IMG/VR virus record: IMGVR_UViG_3300010396_000001
Coordinates: 68,320-132,319 of that record
Length of the DNA: 64,000 bases
Origin: a virus
Lineage: Duplodnaviria; Heunggongvirae; Uroviricota; Caudoviricetes
Reading direction: 5' to 3' (one strand)
Shown: positions 55,303 to 64,000 of the stretch, piece by piece
Layout: each line of letters begins with the position of its first letter
Numbering within the stretch: the stretch's first letter is position 1
The notes under the pieces: model-generated
The model's database searches: none
What the model saw: the letters and a program-made list of their open reading frames with translations, nothing else
Told to the model about the DNA's origin: nothing
Made by a program: the position numbers and the translations under genes

Positions 55303-57081
55303 TCAGCTGCCGGCGCCTCCGAGGACATGGTCCTTCTTGACGATGGTGCGGGCCGTCCGCGGATGTACCAGGTGCAGACCGAGCCGCGCATGGGCGATCG
55401 GACCCGCCCCGAAGGTGTACGCGACCACCGTCTTCCACGGGTGCTTCGTTCCGGGGAACCAGCGGATCTGCCAGCCCCACTGGTAGACCTGACCGCCCAC
55501 CGTTTCGAGACCCAGTTTCTCCTTTCCGCACTTCACGTAGCTGTAGCCGTGCTTCTTGCCGGTACCCGTAACGTAGCGCGCCGCGTTGTAGTTCTTGAAT
55601 CGCTCGATACCGTGACCGAAGTCGAACTGGCAGCGAATCCACGCCCGCGACGGCGCATGCGAAGCGTTCTTGAGCACGATAATATGCTCATCGACTCGGC
55701 CAAGGTACACGTTAGCGAGAGCGTACTTCTTACCATTGGTGCTCTCGCTGGACTTATGACTGGGTCGCAGAATCCTTGCGATTCGAATGGCGGGCAGGTC
55801 GTGATCGCACACGGACCACGGACCGGCGCACCACCAGCCGGGCCAGCCATTCAGCACGGCTTTGGTATTCGAGAACACGGTCTGATGCGCCTGGCTTGCC
55901 GCCGAGTACACCTGCACGTTCTCGTTGTTGAGGTTGTGTACCGATCCGCGTTCTCCCTGCGGGATCTCGATCCAGGTACCGTAGTTTCCGGACACGTCGC
56001 TGGCCGTGTAGTCCTTCACGTTACCGGTGTAGTCGTTGTTCTGGAAGAAGCACAGGTTCAGGTAGCCGCAGGTGAACCTACGGACGAACGCCGTTGTCGT
56101 CGCGACGTGACGGTGCGTGGCCACGCAGCAGGGCGTCCCGACGATGTTCCACTGGCAGTCGGACAGGCTCCCGCTGAACCGGCCGGTCACGTAGCGCACG
56201 CCGTTGACCGGGAACTCGCCCTGGCACACGTACACCGAACGATTGGCGGAAGCGGACCCGGTGACCGTCACCCAGTTGTGCTTGCTCGTCTTGACGAACG
56301 CCGTGCCGGTGTCGCTGGTCTGGCCCTCGTACAGGTTGTTGTTCGCCCACTCCATCGCGCCGATCTTGCCGGGCGAGTCGGGATTGCACGAGACGATGTT
56401 CAGCCGCCCGTAGGGCTTGCCCCGCCACTTCCGGTCCAGCGCGACGTGCCGCTGGTTCCAGGGCGCCGGAGGATGGACTGACACGTTGCCGAAGACGCCG
56501 TTGTTCTGGAACTGCATGCACGCGGCATGATCGGAGAACGAGTGGATCGTGACCCGCATGCCGACGTGACGGATGTGCATGCAGTTCCGCTGATGGGAGC
56601 TGCTGATGCACAGTGCCTGGCTGTCAGGGCCCGACCGGGCTGACCGGGTCGCTACGGGAACATTGTTGTGGCCGATCTCGTGCCAGATCCACTTGCCGTT
56701 CTTCCGGATCTTGTACTGGTAGCCCCACAGGCGCCAGCTGCCGACATTGAAGGTGCAGTCCGCGACCGACTTGGTCGCCTTGCCATGCGGGCTGACCGGG
56801 CCGCGGACGATGCTGCCGTAGGCCCACCAGTCATGGGGGAAGATGCCGCCCTGGCATCTAGCCGCCGCCCGCATCTGCTGACCGCAGGAATCCCGGTAGA
56901 CCGTGAGGCCGTACCGCGTGATCCCCGGCCCGTTCTTCGAGGTCTTCCGGATGCACGAGCCGGCGGCGTGCGCGGATGCCGCGCCTGCTCGCGGGCTGGC
57001 GCTGGCCGCGGAGGCGAAGGTGCCTCCGGCCAGGCCGAGGGCACTCGCCGCGACGGCGAGCATGGTAATGATCTTTCTCAT
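55303..57081 (-). CDS. secreted Cys/Trp-rich protein with signal peptide; contains a single HExxH motif (possible metallopeptidase, unproven)
   Basis: MRKIITMLAVAASALGLAGGTFASAASA signal peptide. RBS AAGGAAGGA. 592 aa with many Cys and Trp. WHEIGHNN motif. Confidence 0.65.
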   Translation of the reverse strand: MRKIITMLAVAASALGLAGGTFASAASASPRAGAASAHAAGSCIRKTSKNGPGITRYGLTVYRDSCGQQMRAAARCQGGIFPHDWWAYGSIVRGPVSPHGKATKSVADCTFNVGSWRLWGYQYKIRKNGKWIWHEIGHNNVPVATRSARSGPDSQALCISSSHQRNCMHIRHVGMRVTIHSFSDHAACMQFQNNGVFGNVSVHPPAPWNQRHVALDRKWRGKPYGRLNIVSCNPDSPGKIGAMEWANNNLYEGQTSDTGTAFVKTSKHNWVTVTGSASANRSVYVCQGEFPVNGVRYVTGRFSGSLSDCQWNIVGTPCCVATHRHVATTTAFVRRFTCGYLNLCFFQNNDYTGNVKDYTASDVSGNYGTWIEIPQGERGSVHNLNNENVQVYSAASQAHQTVFSNTKAVLNGWPGWWCAGPWSVCDHDLPAIRIARILRPSHKSSESTNGKKYALANVYLGRVDEHIIVLKNASHAPSRAWIRCQFDFGHGIERFKNYNAARYVTGTGKKHGYSYVKCGKEKLGLETVGGQVYQWGWQIRWFPGTKHPWKTVVAYTFGAGPIAHARLGLHLVHPRTARTIVKKDHVLGGAGS

Positions 57082-57166
57082 GGGGTCCTTCCTTTTCCTG
57101 GAATGGTGCCACGCCTATCGTAGCGGCTCCCGGATCCCTTCCACGGAAGTCCTGGGAGGCCGGGGC

Positions 57167-57610
57167 ATGCTGCAGAACATCTGGGAGCCGGGCACGCTGT
57201 GCAAGGGCTGCGAGCGCGAGTTCACCTATGGCGAGGAAGCGCTGTACGGGCGCTGCCTGGACTGCGCCAAGGTCAAGGCTGATGAGCGTCACGCCGAGCC
57301 GGACACCCTGCAGATCGCCCGCGGCAAGCTTGCCGCCTCCGGGCGCCTGACCTTTACCGGCCGCCAGCTGCGCGAGCTGGTGCGCCTGTCCGGCGTCGAG
57401 CCGGTCCGCAAGCCCGACCACGGCCAGAAGCTCGTCTGGTATGCCCGGATGCCCGGCTGGTCGGCGGCGCGCGTGGCCGGCGAGCTGAGCGCCGCCGAGG
57501 TCGCGGGCCTGTGGCTCGACTTCCTCGACGTCGGCAAGATCCCGCCCGTGCGGCATTGCGATCTGGGAACGGTGCTGGCCAGCATCGGCTCGGCTCAGGT
57601 CACGACCTGA
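57167..57610 (+). CDS. hypothetical protein with an N-terminal zinc-ribbon-like Cys pair motif
   Basis: ATG at 57167 with RBS GGGAGG. CKGCEREFTYGEEALYGRCLDC. Confidence 0.5.
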   Translation: MLQNIWEPGTLCKGCEREFTYGEEALYGRCLDCAKVKADERHAEPDTLQIARGKLAASGRLTFTGRQLRELVRLSGVEPVRKPDHGQKLVWYARMPGWSAARVAGELSAAEVAGLWLDFLDVGKIPPVRHCDLGTVLASIGSAQVTT

Positions 57611-57664
57611 TAACGGGGCGCTTTCCCGGCCCCGGAAGCCTCAGGAACCGCTCCTGGAGGCGTC

Positions 57665-60600
57665 ATGACCGACCGTTCCGCTCTTGTCCGGGCCGTGCAG
57701 GAGGCCGCCAGGACTGACGGGCGCTCCCTTGCCGCCGCGGTGGCCGCGCTCGATGCGCACGACCGCGGGCTGCGCGCTCAGGCCGCCCAGGACCGCGAGC
57801 TGGACCTCGCCGGGCAGCACGTTGCCCGCGTGATGGCCTCCGGCCCGATGAACGGGGACCGGCACACCGCGGCGACCGACTGGCTGGCCGACGTCGCCGA
57901 CCCGCGGCTGGACTACCGCACGGCCATGGCGGCCGAGGCGGCCGGGTGGGTGCGCCAGCTGCCCCGCGAGGTGCTGGCCGACCAGCACGAGTTCAGCGAG
58001 CAGGCCCTCGGCCGGGCCCGGACCGCGGCCTCGGCCTACGGCTCGCAGATGCAGGACGCCTATAACGAGTTCCTGACTCACGTGGCCTACCAGTCCAGCG
58101 CCCTGCAGAAGGGCGCGGCCTCGGGCCTGCCGCAGATCGACCAGCTGACCGACCCGAACAACCAGCCCTCGCAGACCCCTTATCCCACCGAGGTCTTCGA
58201 TACCTTCGGGCCCGAGACCAATGAGTACAACGGCGGGGTCGAGGGCGACAACCACGACAGCCAGGTCTCCAGCCAGAATGCCCCGATGATCCAGCAGGTC
58301 GAGCAGATGGACGGCTCGGGCTCGGGATTCGGCTCCGGCCCGGAGAAGCCCGACAGCCACACCACCGGCTTCGACACGAGCAATTCCTACGCCGAGGTGC
58401 CCCTCGGGCCGCCCGGTACCATTCCCTCGGCCGGCCCTGGCCAGGGCACCTCAGTGCGCAGCACCCCCTCGGGCGTCGAGAACGCGGCGACGCCGGGCAC
58501 GCATGCGGGGGAGGATGAGGAGCAGGCCCGCGGCAGCCGGGTCACCGGCGCGCACTACACGCCGCCGGACCGCCTCGGCTACCGCTGGCTGGCCAGCCCG
58601 TCGGAGGTCTACCACCCGTTCCATGAGAAGTGCGCCGCGTCGCACTGGCCGGATGAGGACTGCACCCCGGCCATGCCGCATGTGGCGTCGGTGGCCATCG
58701 ACCACTCCATGACCCTGGAAGGTGCCTGGAGAATCGCCTCCTGCGAGCGCACGGGCGCCCAGGAGGGCCTGCGGGCAATTGCCGGGGCCAGGACCTCGGG
58801 CGAGTTCCTGCGCACGCTGGCGGCCCATCACAACCGCCTGGCGCAGGCCTGGGGCGGCTCGGACCGCAGTGCCGAGGACACCGCGGTGCTGCGCGGATTC
58901 CAGGCCGTCGTGCGGCCCGTCCTGGCCGAGGGCAATTCGCCGGGAGGCGGCTACCAGCAGTGCTCCGCATGCGAGGACGGCGACTGCAAGCGCTGCTCAG
59001 GCGGCAGCTGCACCTGCGCTCATTCCGGGCGCCGCACGGCCGCGAAGGACTCGAAGATCTGCAAGAAGTGCGCCAGCGGCAGCTGCAAGAAGTGCAAGGG
59101 CGACGGCTGCACCTGCTCGCACCCGGCCATGAGCCGGACCGCGGCGGGCGGCTACGCAGCGGGCGGAGTGAGCGAGAAGGAGCGCCGGGACGCTCCGCAC
59201 CACCTGCCCGGTACTGACAAGTTCCCGATCGGCAGCGGCGCTGACGTCGAGAACGCCAAGCACGACATCGGCCGCACGGACGAGCCCCATGGCAAGGTCG
59301 TGCGCTACATCGACGAGATGGCGAGGGAGTACGGGGAGGCACCCGTCGGCTCTGACCGCAAGGCTGCGAGCCGCCTGGATTTTCCCCGGGGCCGGGAGGC
59401 CGCTCTCAGTAAGGGCGCCCCCTTCGCCGGGTACCGGGACTTCGCCGACTGCGTCGCGCGCAACAGTGACAAGAACAACCCCGAGGCCTACTGCGGGTCC
59501 ATCAAGCACCAGGTCGAGGGAGTCAGCCAGCTGCCCGAGATCCAGCAGGTGCTGGGGCCCGACGGGCTGCCCACGCCGGGTACCGACGTGCTGCCCGAGG
59601 GCGTCATGTTCCCGCTGACCCCCGGCTTCGGCGGCACCGGCGACGGCACGCCGGGCAGCGAGCAGCAGAAGCAGGCGGCCCGGCGCAGCACGACCCCGTC
59701 CCGCAGTGCGCTCAAGCTGTTCGGCCGCATGGACGCCATGGAGGGCAAGAAGCCCCACCACAAGGACGGTTACCCGTTCGGCGCCAACGCGCACGGCACC
59801 TACCTGCGCGCCTGGAACGGCACCCGGGGCGGGATCGATGCCCTGGCCCAGCGCAGGCCGATCCCCTACAGCGAGTACGGCCCGATGACCGGGCGCCCGG
59901 ACCTGCACAACCACTACCTGGGCTCGTTCTACGACGCCGGCGGCCGGACGCCCGAGGACTCCGGCTGGGATCAGGGGCAGGATGCCTCGCGCAATCCGGG
60001 CCACACGGGCACGCGCCGGACCGCCGACCAGTACCACCTGCCTGACGACGACTGCCGCCCGGCCGAGGAGATGCCCACCGGCGAGCACGTCGGCGACCAG
60101 GACCACGACCGGTGGGACTACGGCGCCGACAACGGCAGCGAGGACAAGTCCGACCGGATCGCCGCCCGCCGCGTTGCCGGCCAGTGCCGCACCTGCGGGC
60201 GCCCGATGGTCAGCGGCGACTGCGGCGGCTGCAAGCGGCCCTCAGCCGACTGCACATGCGTCCCGGCCCGCAAGGCCGTCCGGCGCCGGGCGGACTTCAT
60301 GAGCCAGCCGCACCAGAGCACCGACGACCAGCAGCCGCCGTTCAACAGCGCTGACACCACGCCGCAGCCGGCCTCGCAGAATGCCAGCCCGCAGGCGGCC
60401 GACGAGCAGGCGGGCTTCCACGACGGGCAGGAGGATGCCCTCGCCGGCCGCAGGCCGACGTTCATGGACAACTCCAGCGGCGTCTCGGGCTACGTCACCG
60501 GCTACACCAAGGGCTACTCCCACGTGCAGCCCGACGCCCGGCCTGACACGGGCGGTCATCCCGGCGCGCCACCGCAGAACCCTGACGTGCCCGGCTCAAT

Positions 60601-61465
60601 GGGCGGCGACTCCGGCCAGGCGCGCAACGCCGAGGAGGCCAAGCAGAAGTTCCAGGTCGCCCGCGCCAGCCTGGGCACCTCGGCCCGGTTCGTCACCAGG
60701 ACCGCCGCCCGCAGCCCGGAGTTCGCGAAGGGCTACCGGTTCGCCCGGCGCTGGCAGCCGGGAGACCGGCTCGTCGGCCAGGGGCGGCCGGAGTTCGAGG
60801 CCGGGCTGTACGCGGGGATGACCGACCACCCGCGAGCGCAGAACGAGTGGATCGCGGCCCATGCCACGCTGGCGGTGGCCCATCCCGAGCTGTCCCGCCG
60901 CCTGGAGCGCCACCGCAGCTTCACCGCCCAGCTGACCGGCTCGGGCTATGCGCTGCGCGCCAACGGCTTCTACGGGCGCCTGCCGAAGACGGCCGGCACG
61001 ACCACGGACCTGATCTCCGACGGGCCCGGCACGAGCCCGGACCCGATGGGCTCGACGCCGCTGAACGGGCCCGGCACCCCGCCGCCCTCAGGCGGCCGGA
61101 GTGATCCGGCCCGGCCCGGCGGGCCGCCGCCGCAGAACGGCGCCCAGCCGGCCAGCCAGGGCCCGGTCGTGGGCGACGACGAGATGGGCCCGGCCCAGCA
61201 GGGGCCGCAGCCCTCCGGCCCGCTCGGGCAGGGCTTCAGCGGGCCCGGCCCCGGCTACGGCAACCAGGACCAGGTCCCGCCGACGGTCAGCCATGCGCAG
61301 GACCTGGCCCCGGCCGCCCCGGATGCTGCCGCCGGGCCCGGCTACTCCAATCCGGGCGCCTACCAGGGCAGCCCGCGGGGCAGCGACAAGGTCGCCCGGA
61401 TGCAGGCCTTCCGCACCACGGTGGGGATGAACCTGCAGCGGATGCGCGAGGGAGCGCGGGCCTAG
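57665..61465 (+). CDS. large (1266 aa) low-complexity protein with CxxCxGxG-type Cys repeats. Possible virion or ejection protein.
   Basis: Gly/Pro/Ser-rich disordered stretches. CKRCSGGSC, CKKCASGSC, CKKCKGDGC repeats at about 58960-59110. Shares a GPEKPDSHTTG motif with the 62503 gene. Confidence 0.6.
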   Translation: MTDRSALVRAVQEAARTDGRSLAAAVAALDAHDRGLRAQAAQDRELDLAGQHVARVMASGPMNGDRHTAATDWLADVADPRLDYRTAMAAEAAGWVRQLPREVLADQHEFSEQALGRARTAASAYGSQMQDAYNEFLTHVAYQSSALQKGAASGLPQIDQLTDPNNQPSQTPYPTEVFDTFGPETNEYNGGVEGDNHDSQVSSQNAPMIQQVEQMDGSGSGFGSGPEKPDSHTTGFDTSNSYAEVPLGPPGTIPSAGPGQGTSVRSTPSGVENAATPGTHAGEDEEQARGSRVTGAHYTPPDRLGYRWLASPSEVYHPFHEKCAASHWPDEDCTPAMPHVASVAIDHSMTLEGAWRIASCERTGAQEGLRAIAGARTSGEFLRTLAAHHNRLAQAWGGSDRSAEDTAVLRGFQAVVRPVLAEGNSPGGGYQQCSACEDGDCKRCSGGSCTCAHSGRRTAAKDSKICKKCASGSCKKCKGDGCTCSHPAMSRTAAGGYAAGGVSEKERRDAPHHLPGTDKFPIGSGADVENAKHDIGRTDEPHGKVVRYIDEMAREYGEAPVGSDRKAASRLDFPRGREAALSKGAPFAGYRDFADCVARNSDKNNPEAYCGSIKHQVEGVSQLPEIQQVLGPDGLPTPGTDVLPEGVMFPLTPGFGGTGDGTPGSEQQKQAARRSTTPSRSALKLFGRMDAMEGKKPHHKDGYPFGANAHGTYLRAWNGTRGGIDALAQRRPIPYSEYGPMTGRPDLHNHYLGSFYDAGGRTPEDSGWDQGQDASRNPGHTGTRRTADQYHLPDDDCRPAEEMPTGEHVGDQDHDRWDYGADNGSEDKSDRIAARRVAGQCRTCGRPMVSGDCGGCKRPSADCTCVPARKAVRRRADFMSQPHQSTDDQQPPFNSADTTPQPASQNASPQAADEQAGFHDGQEDALAGRRPTFMDNSSGVSGYVTGYTKGYSHVQPDARPDTGGHPGAPPQNPDVPGSMGGDSGQARNAEEAKQKFQVARASLGTSARFVTRTAARSPEFAKGYRFARRWQPGDRLVGQGRPEFEAGLYAGMTDHPRAQNEWIAAHATLAVAHPELSRRLERHRSFTAQLTGSGYALRANGFYGRLPKTAGTTTDLISDGPGTSPDPMGSTPLNGPGTPPPSGGRSDPARPGGPPPQNGAQPASQGPVVGDDEMGPAQQGPQPSGPLGQGFSGPGPGYGNQDQVPPTVSHAQDLAPAAPDAAAGPGYSNPGAYQGSPRGSDKVARMQAFRTTVGMNLQRMREGARA

Positions 61466-61887
61466 TAGACCTGCGGGGCCGTGCTACGGCGCCTGCGCTT
61501 TCCTCCCGTGCGCATGCCGGGTGCCCTGGTGCTGCCCCGCGGCAGGTCGTGCGCGTCCTCGAAGGCGTCATGAACCGGGCGCGGGATCCGGTGGCCGCCG
61601 CCGGGCAGCGCCTTGACCTCGAAACCCTGGGCTGCCGCCCAGTCACGGATGATCTGCAGCTGGGCCCGGCGGGCGGCCGGGCTGGCCAGTGCCGAGGACC
61701 TGGGCTCGTCCACCTTGCGGCCGAGCTTCAGGTACCGCTCGGAGATGCGGGCCAGCTCGTTGTAGCTGCGCTCGCCCAGGTCCAGCTCGACGGTGGTGCC
61801 GTCGAAGCTGAACCGGACGCCGTGATGGGTGGCCGGGACTTTCCCTGTCTCCAGGTCATCCCAGACGAGGACCGAGATCTCGCGCAT
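61462..61887 (-). CDS. lsr2: Lsr2-like nucleoid-associated protein
   Basis: N-terminal dimerisation-like VLVWDDLETGKV...FSFDGTTVELDLGERSYNEL. C-terminal AT-hook-like RGR-containing DNA-binding region QIIRDWAAAQGFEVKALPGGGHRIPRPVHDAFEDAH. Confidence 0.7.
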   Translation of the reverse strand: MREISVLVWDDLETGKVPATHHGVRFSFDGTTVELDLGERSYNELARISERYLKLGRKVDEPRSSALASPAARRAQLQIIRDWAAAQGFEVKALPGGGHRIPRPVHDAFEDAHDLPRGSTRAPGMRTGGKRRRRSTAPQVY

Positions 61888-61889
61888 TG

Positions 61890-62333
61890 TCAGGCCAGCT
61901 GGCCGGGGAGCAGCACCCGGTCGGCGACGACGGGCGCATCCGGCTCGACCGGCGGGCGCCTGGCCTTCGGGCCCTCGCCGCGCTCGAACAGGCGGACGTT
62001 GCGCGGGCTCATGTCGGTCTCCACGACGTTGGTCAGCGTCAGGAAGCTGCCGGTGGGCAGCTCGCCGATGAACTTGACCGCGGCCGTGGCCAGGTCGAAA
62101 GTGCGCGTGCGCAGGCCGAGAGCCAGGTAGTGGACGATGAACTCCTCGCCATTGGTGATCTCGGCGTCCATGCCCGGCACCTGGACCGGGCGGATCACGT
62201 TGTGCGTCAGCCCGAGGAAGTCTTTCCTGTCGAGCCTCGCGACGAATGCCAGCGCCTTCTTTGTCTCGTCGAAGCGGCGCGTGTGCGGTCCCTTCGCGTG
62301 ATAGCGGACCTTGTAGGTCTCAATCCGTGCCAT
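61890..62333 (-). CDS. hypothetical protein
   Basis: 147-aa ORF directly upstream of lsr2-like gene on the minus strand. Confidence 0.5.
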   Translation of the reverse strand: MARIETYKVRYHAKGPHTRRFDETKKALAFVARLDRKDFLGLTHNVIRPVQVPGMDAEITNGEEFIVHYLALGLRTRTFDLATAAVKFIGELPTGSFLTLTNVVETDMSPRNVRLFERGEGPKARRPPVEPDAPVVADRVLLPGQLA

Positions 62334-62502
62334 GTGACTCCTGCCTCCGTGATCGAGGATGCCATGTACCTGACTCTGCGAGAGCCGCCGGGCCGCTGCC
62401 CTGCGGTTTCCTCTCTCGATGTCATGAGGCTATCAACATACCTTGCAGTCGGTCAAAGAGATGCTCCGTGCTCGGAAGACAGGAGGAGAAAAGGAGCCCG
62501 CG
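62334..62502. promoter_or_regulatory. divergent intergenic region carrying a second copy of the GSCTATCAAYRTWCCTTGYA motif
   Basis: GGCTATCAACATACCTTGCA at 62415-62435. RBS AAGGAG before the GTG at 62503. Confidence 0.3.
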
Positions 62503-63600
62503 GTGACGACACTCTGGGACGAGGCGAGCCTCGATCATGAGCAGCTGGCCCGCGAGGCAGCCCTGGACCGGGTCACTGCCGAGCTGAATGCGGTGATGCC
62601 CTTCCTGCTGGCCGCCCGCGGCCCGCAGGAGTACGGGCACCGGCGCGCCCTGGCCGAGACCAGGCTGGAGGCCATCGCCCTGCGCCACGGCATCAGCCCG
62701 GAGCACGTCCTGGAGATGGCCGACCGGCACTTCGCGCTCTACCGCGAGGCCCTTATGGAGGGCCAGGACCCGGTCGAGGAGATGGTGTCCTCGACCCGCG
62801 GCTACGGCACCGGGCCCGAGCGCCCGGATTCTCACACCACCGGCCCCGACTACAGCGGAGGCTACAGCGAGGTCCCGCAGGGCGTGCCCGGCGGCCCGGA
62901 CCCGCGGGTCGTCACCCCCGATTTCCCCGGACCCGGCGACGACCTGGGCTCGGGCGAGGAGGGGCGCGAGTCGTCGAGCCCCAGGACGGGCCGCAAGGCC
63001 GCGAAGCGGACTCGCCGGCAGGAGATCCTGATCGAGGGACGCCGGCGCCACCATGCCCAGCACCAGCGGCTGGCCCAGGGATCAGGCGACTACCTGTCCC
63101 AGACGCCGCCGGACACCGGGACGGGCGCGGGCTCGCAGGACATGTCGCCCATGCAGGCGGCCGGGCCGCCGTCGGTGGCCGCGGGCGGGGGCGCCGGGGG
63201 CGGCAACCTTCCGGCCGGGGTGCCGTTCGCGCCCCCGTCGATCGGCCAGGTCACCTCCAGCCGGGACCCGGTGCACCAGCAGATCATCGCCGTGGCCGCC
63301 TCGGTCCGGGCCTCCAACCCCTGGCTGCCGCAGGCCGAGTGCCGTCGTATCGCCCGCCAGACGGTGGCCCGGTACCTCACCGCGGTGACCGACTGGACCA
63401 ACAACGCCGTGCACGACGGGCCGCCGACTCAGACCTCCGACAAGGGCAGCGGCGGCGGGGGCGGCAACCCGCTGGAGCACATGCTGGAGGGCCAGGGCCT
63501 GCGCTCGATGCTGCCCGGCATGGGGGGCGGCGCCGGGGCCGCGGGTGAGGCGGGAGGAGCCGCCGAGGCAGCCGAGCTGCTGCCGCTGGCTGCTCTCTGA
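62503..63600 (+). CDS. hypothetical Gly/Pro-rich protein, paralogous motif to the 57665 gene
   Basis: GTG at 62503 after RBS AAGGAG. GPERPDSHTTGPDYSGGYSEVPQGVPGGP matches GPEKPDSHTTGFDTSNSYAEVPLGPPGT of the 57665 protein. Confidence 0.55.
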   Translation: MTTLWDEASLDHEQLAREAALDRVTAELNAVMPFLLAARGPQEYGHRRALAETRLEAIALRHGISPEHVLEMADRHFALYREALMEGQDPVEEMVSSTRGYGTGPERPDSHTTGPDYSGGYSEVPQGVPGGPDPRVVTPDFPGPGDDLGSGEEGRESSSPRTGRKAAKRTRRQEILIEGRRRHHAQHQRLAQGSGDYLSQTPPDTGTGAGSQDMSPMQAAGPPSVAAGGGAGGGNLPAGVPFAPPSIGQVTSSRDPVHQQIIAVAASVRASNPWLPQAECRRIARQTVARYLTAVTDWTNNAVHDGPPTQTSDKGSGGGGGNPLEHMLEGQGLRSMLPGMGGGAGAAGEAGGAAEAAELLPLAAL

Positions 63601-63687
63601 CATGAGCGAGGGCCGTCCCGCCACGGACGGCCCTCGTGCCGCAGATGCGACGTTTCTCCGTGGCCGACCCTAGCACGGAGGTGTGCC

Positions 63688-64000
63688 ATGACCCTGTACA
63701 CCCTGAAGGGGATCAAGGTCCGGCCCGCCGACTGGGCCGTGACTCGCGTGAACGGCTTCGCCGGCAGGTTCATCCGCGTCGGCCAGTGGCTGAACGGATC
63801 GGGCTTCCGTGACTGGGAGCACGCCTGTTTTTACGCGGGCGGCGATGATGATCTCATTCTTGAGGCCGAGCCCGGCGGCGCGAAACTGCGGCCTTATCAT
63901 TACCCGGCTGATCAGGTCCTGTGGTCGTGCGATAACCCGGAGCTGGCGGACGTCCTGACTGATGAGCAGCGTGCCATGGCCATGGACGTCGCCCGGCACT
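63688..64000 (+). CDS. hypothetical protein, 3'-truncated by the window edge
   Basis: RBS GGAGG. ATG at 63688 with the frame open to the end of the window (MTLYTLKGIKVRPADW...). Confidence 0.4.
   Translation, partial: MTLYTLKGIKVRPADWAVTRVNGFAGRFIRVGQWLNGSGFRDWEHACFYAGGDDDLILEAEPGGAKLRPYHYPADQVLWSCDNPELADVLTDEQRAMAMDVARH

Noticed and set aside
55303-57081. Confident metalloprotease call from the HExxH motif
   Set aside because: A single HEIGH in 592 residues can occur by chance and no downstream third ligand (E or HxxGxxH) is evident, so it is reported only as a secreted protein with a note.
58542-60106. Minus-strand ORFs antisense to the 57665..61465 gene
   Set aside because: Arg/Pro/Ala-rich low complexity. 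The + frame has a paralogous motif shared with another + strand gene.
1-64000. Prophage boundaries or integrase
   Set aside because: No tyrosine or serine recombinase motifs, attachment sites or tRNA integration targets were seen, so it cannot be decided whether this is a prophage or a virulent phage genome.

Overview
This is a high-GC (roughly two-thirds G+C) actinobacteriophage-like segment, either a large virulent phage or a prophage; no integrase or attachment site is visible in the window. Genes are densely packed, mostly on the + strand, and often joined by 4-nt ATGA/GTGA start-stop overlaps.

Recognisable content:
- Replication and recombination: a P4/D5-type primase-polymerase fused to an SF3 helicase, a DnaE-type Pol III alpha, a 5'-3' flap exonuclease, RecA, a RuvC-like resolvase, a PD-(D/E)xK exonuclease, a family-4 uracil-DNA glycosylase and a YhbQ-like GIY-YIG nuclease.
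- Nucleotide metabolism: an adenylosuccinate-synthetase homologue (PurA/PurZ-like) and a MazG-like pyrophosphohydrolase flank RecA. This is a candidate 2-aminoadenine (Z-base) pathway.
- Two J-domain-type proteins, one fused to a kinase-like fold with degenerate catalytic motifs; a vWA protein; a ParB-like protein; a terminase large subunit.
- A minus-strand Rsr (Ro60)-like gene followed by permuted tRNA-like Y-RNA modules and repeated hairpins.
- An SPFH/band-7 membrane protein; a 10-gene minus-strand operon of small proteins including a transglutaminase-like peptidase and HTH proteins.
- Two giant multi-domain 'polyvalent' proteins carrying Arr-like ADP-ribosyltransferase, ParB-like, Nudix and 2H-phosphoesterase domains, followed by a BCS1-like AAA+ ATPase.
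- A secreted Cys/Trp-rich protein on the opposite strand and an Lsr2-like nucleoid protein.
- A ~500-bp low-GC non-coding region packed with GGGGGCAC octamers and a 38-bp inverted repeat directly downstream of the primase gene, a candidate replication origin.

All functional calls come from motif recognition by eye; no database searches were run.
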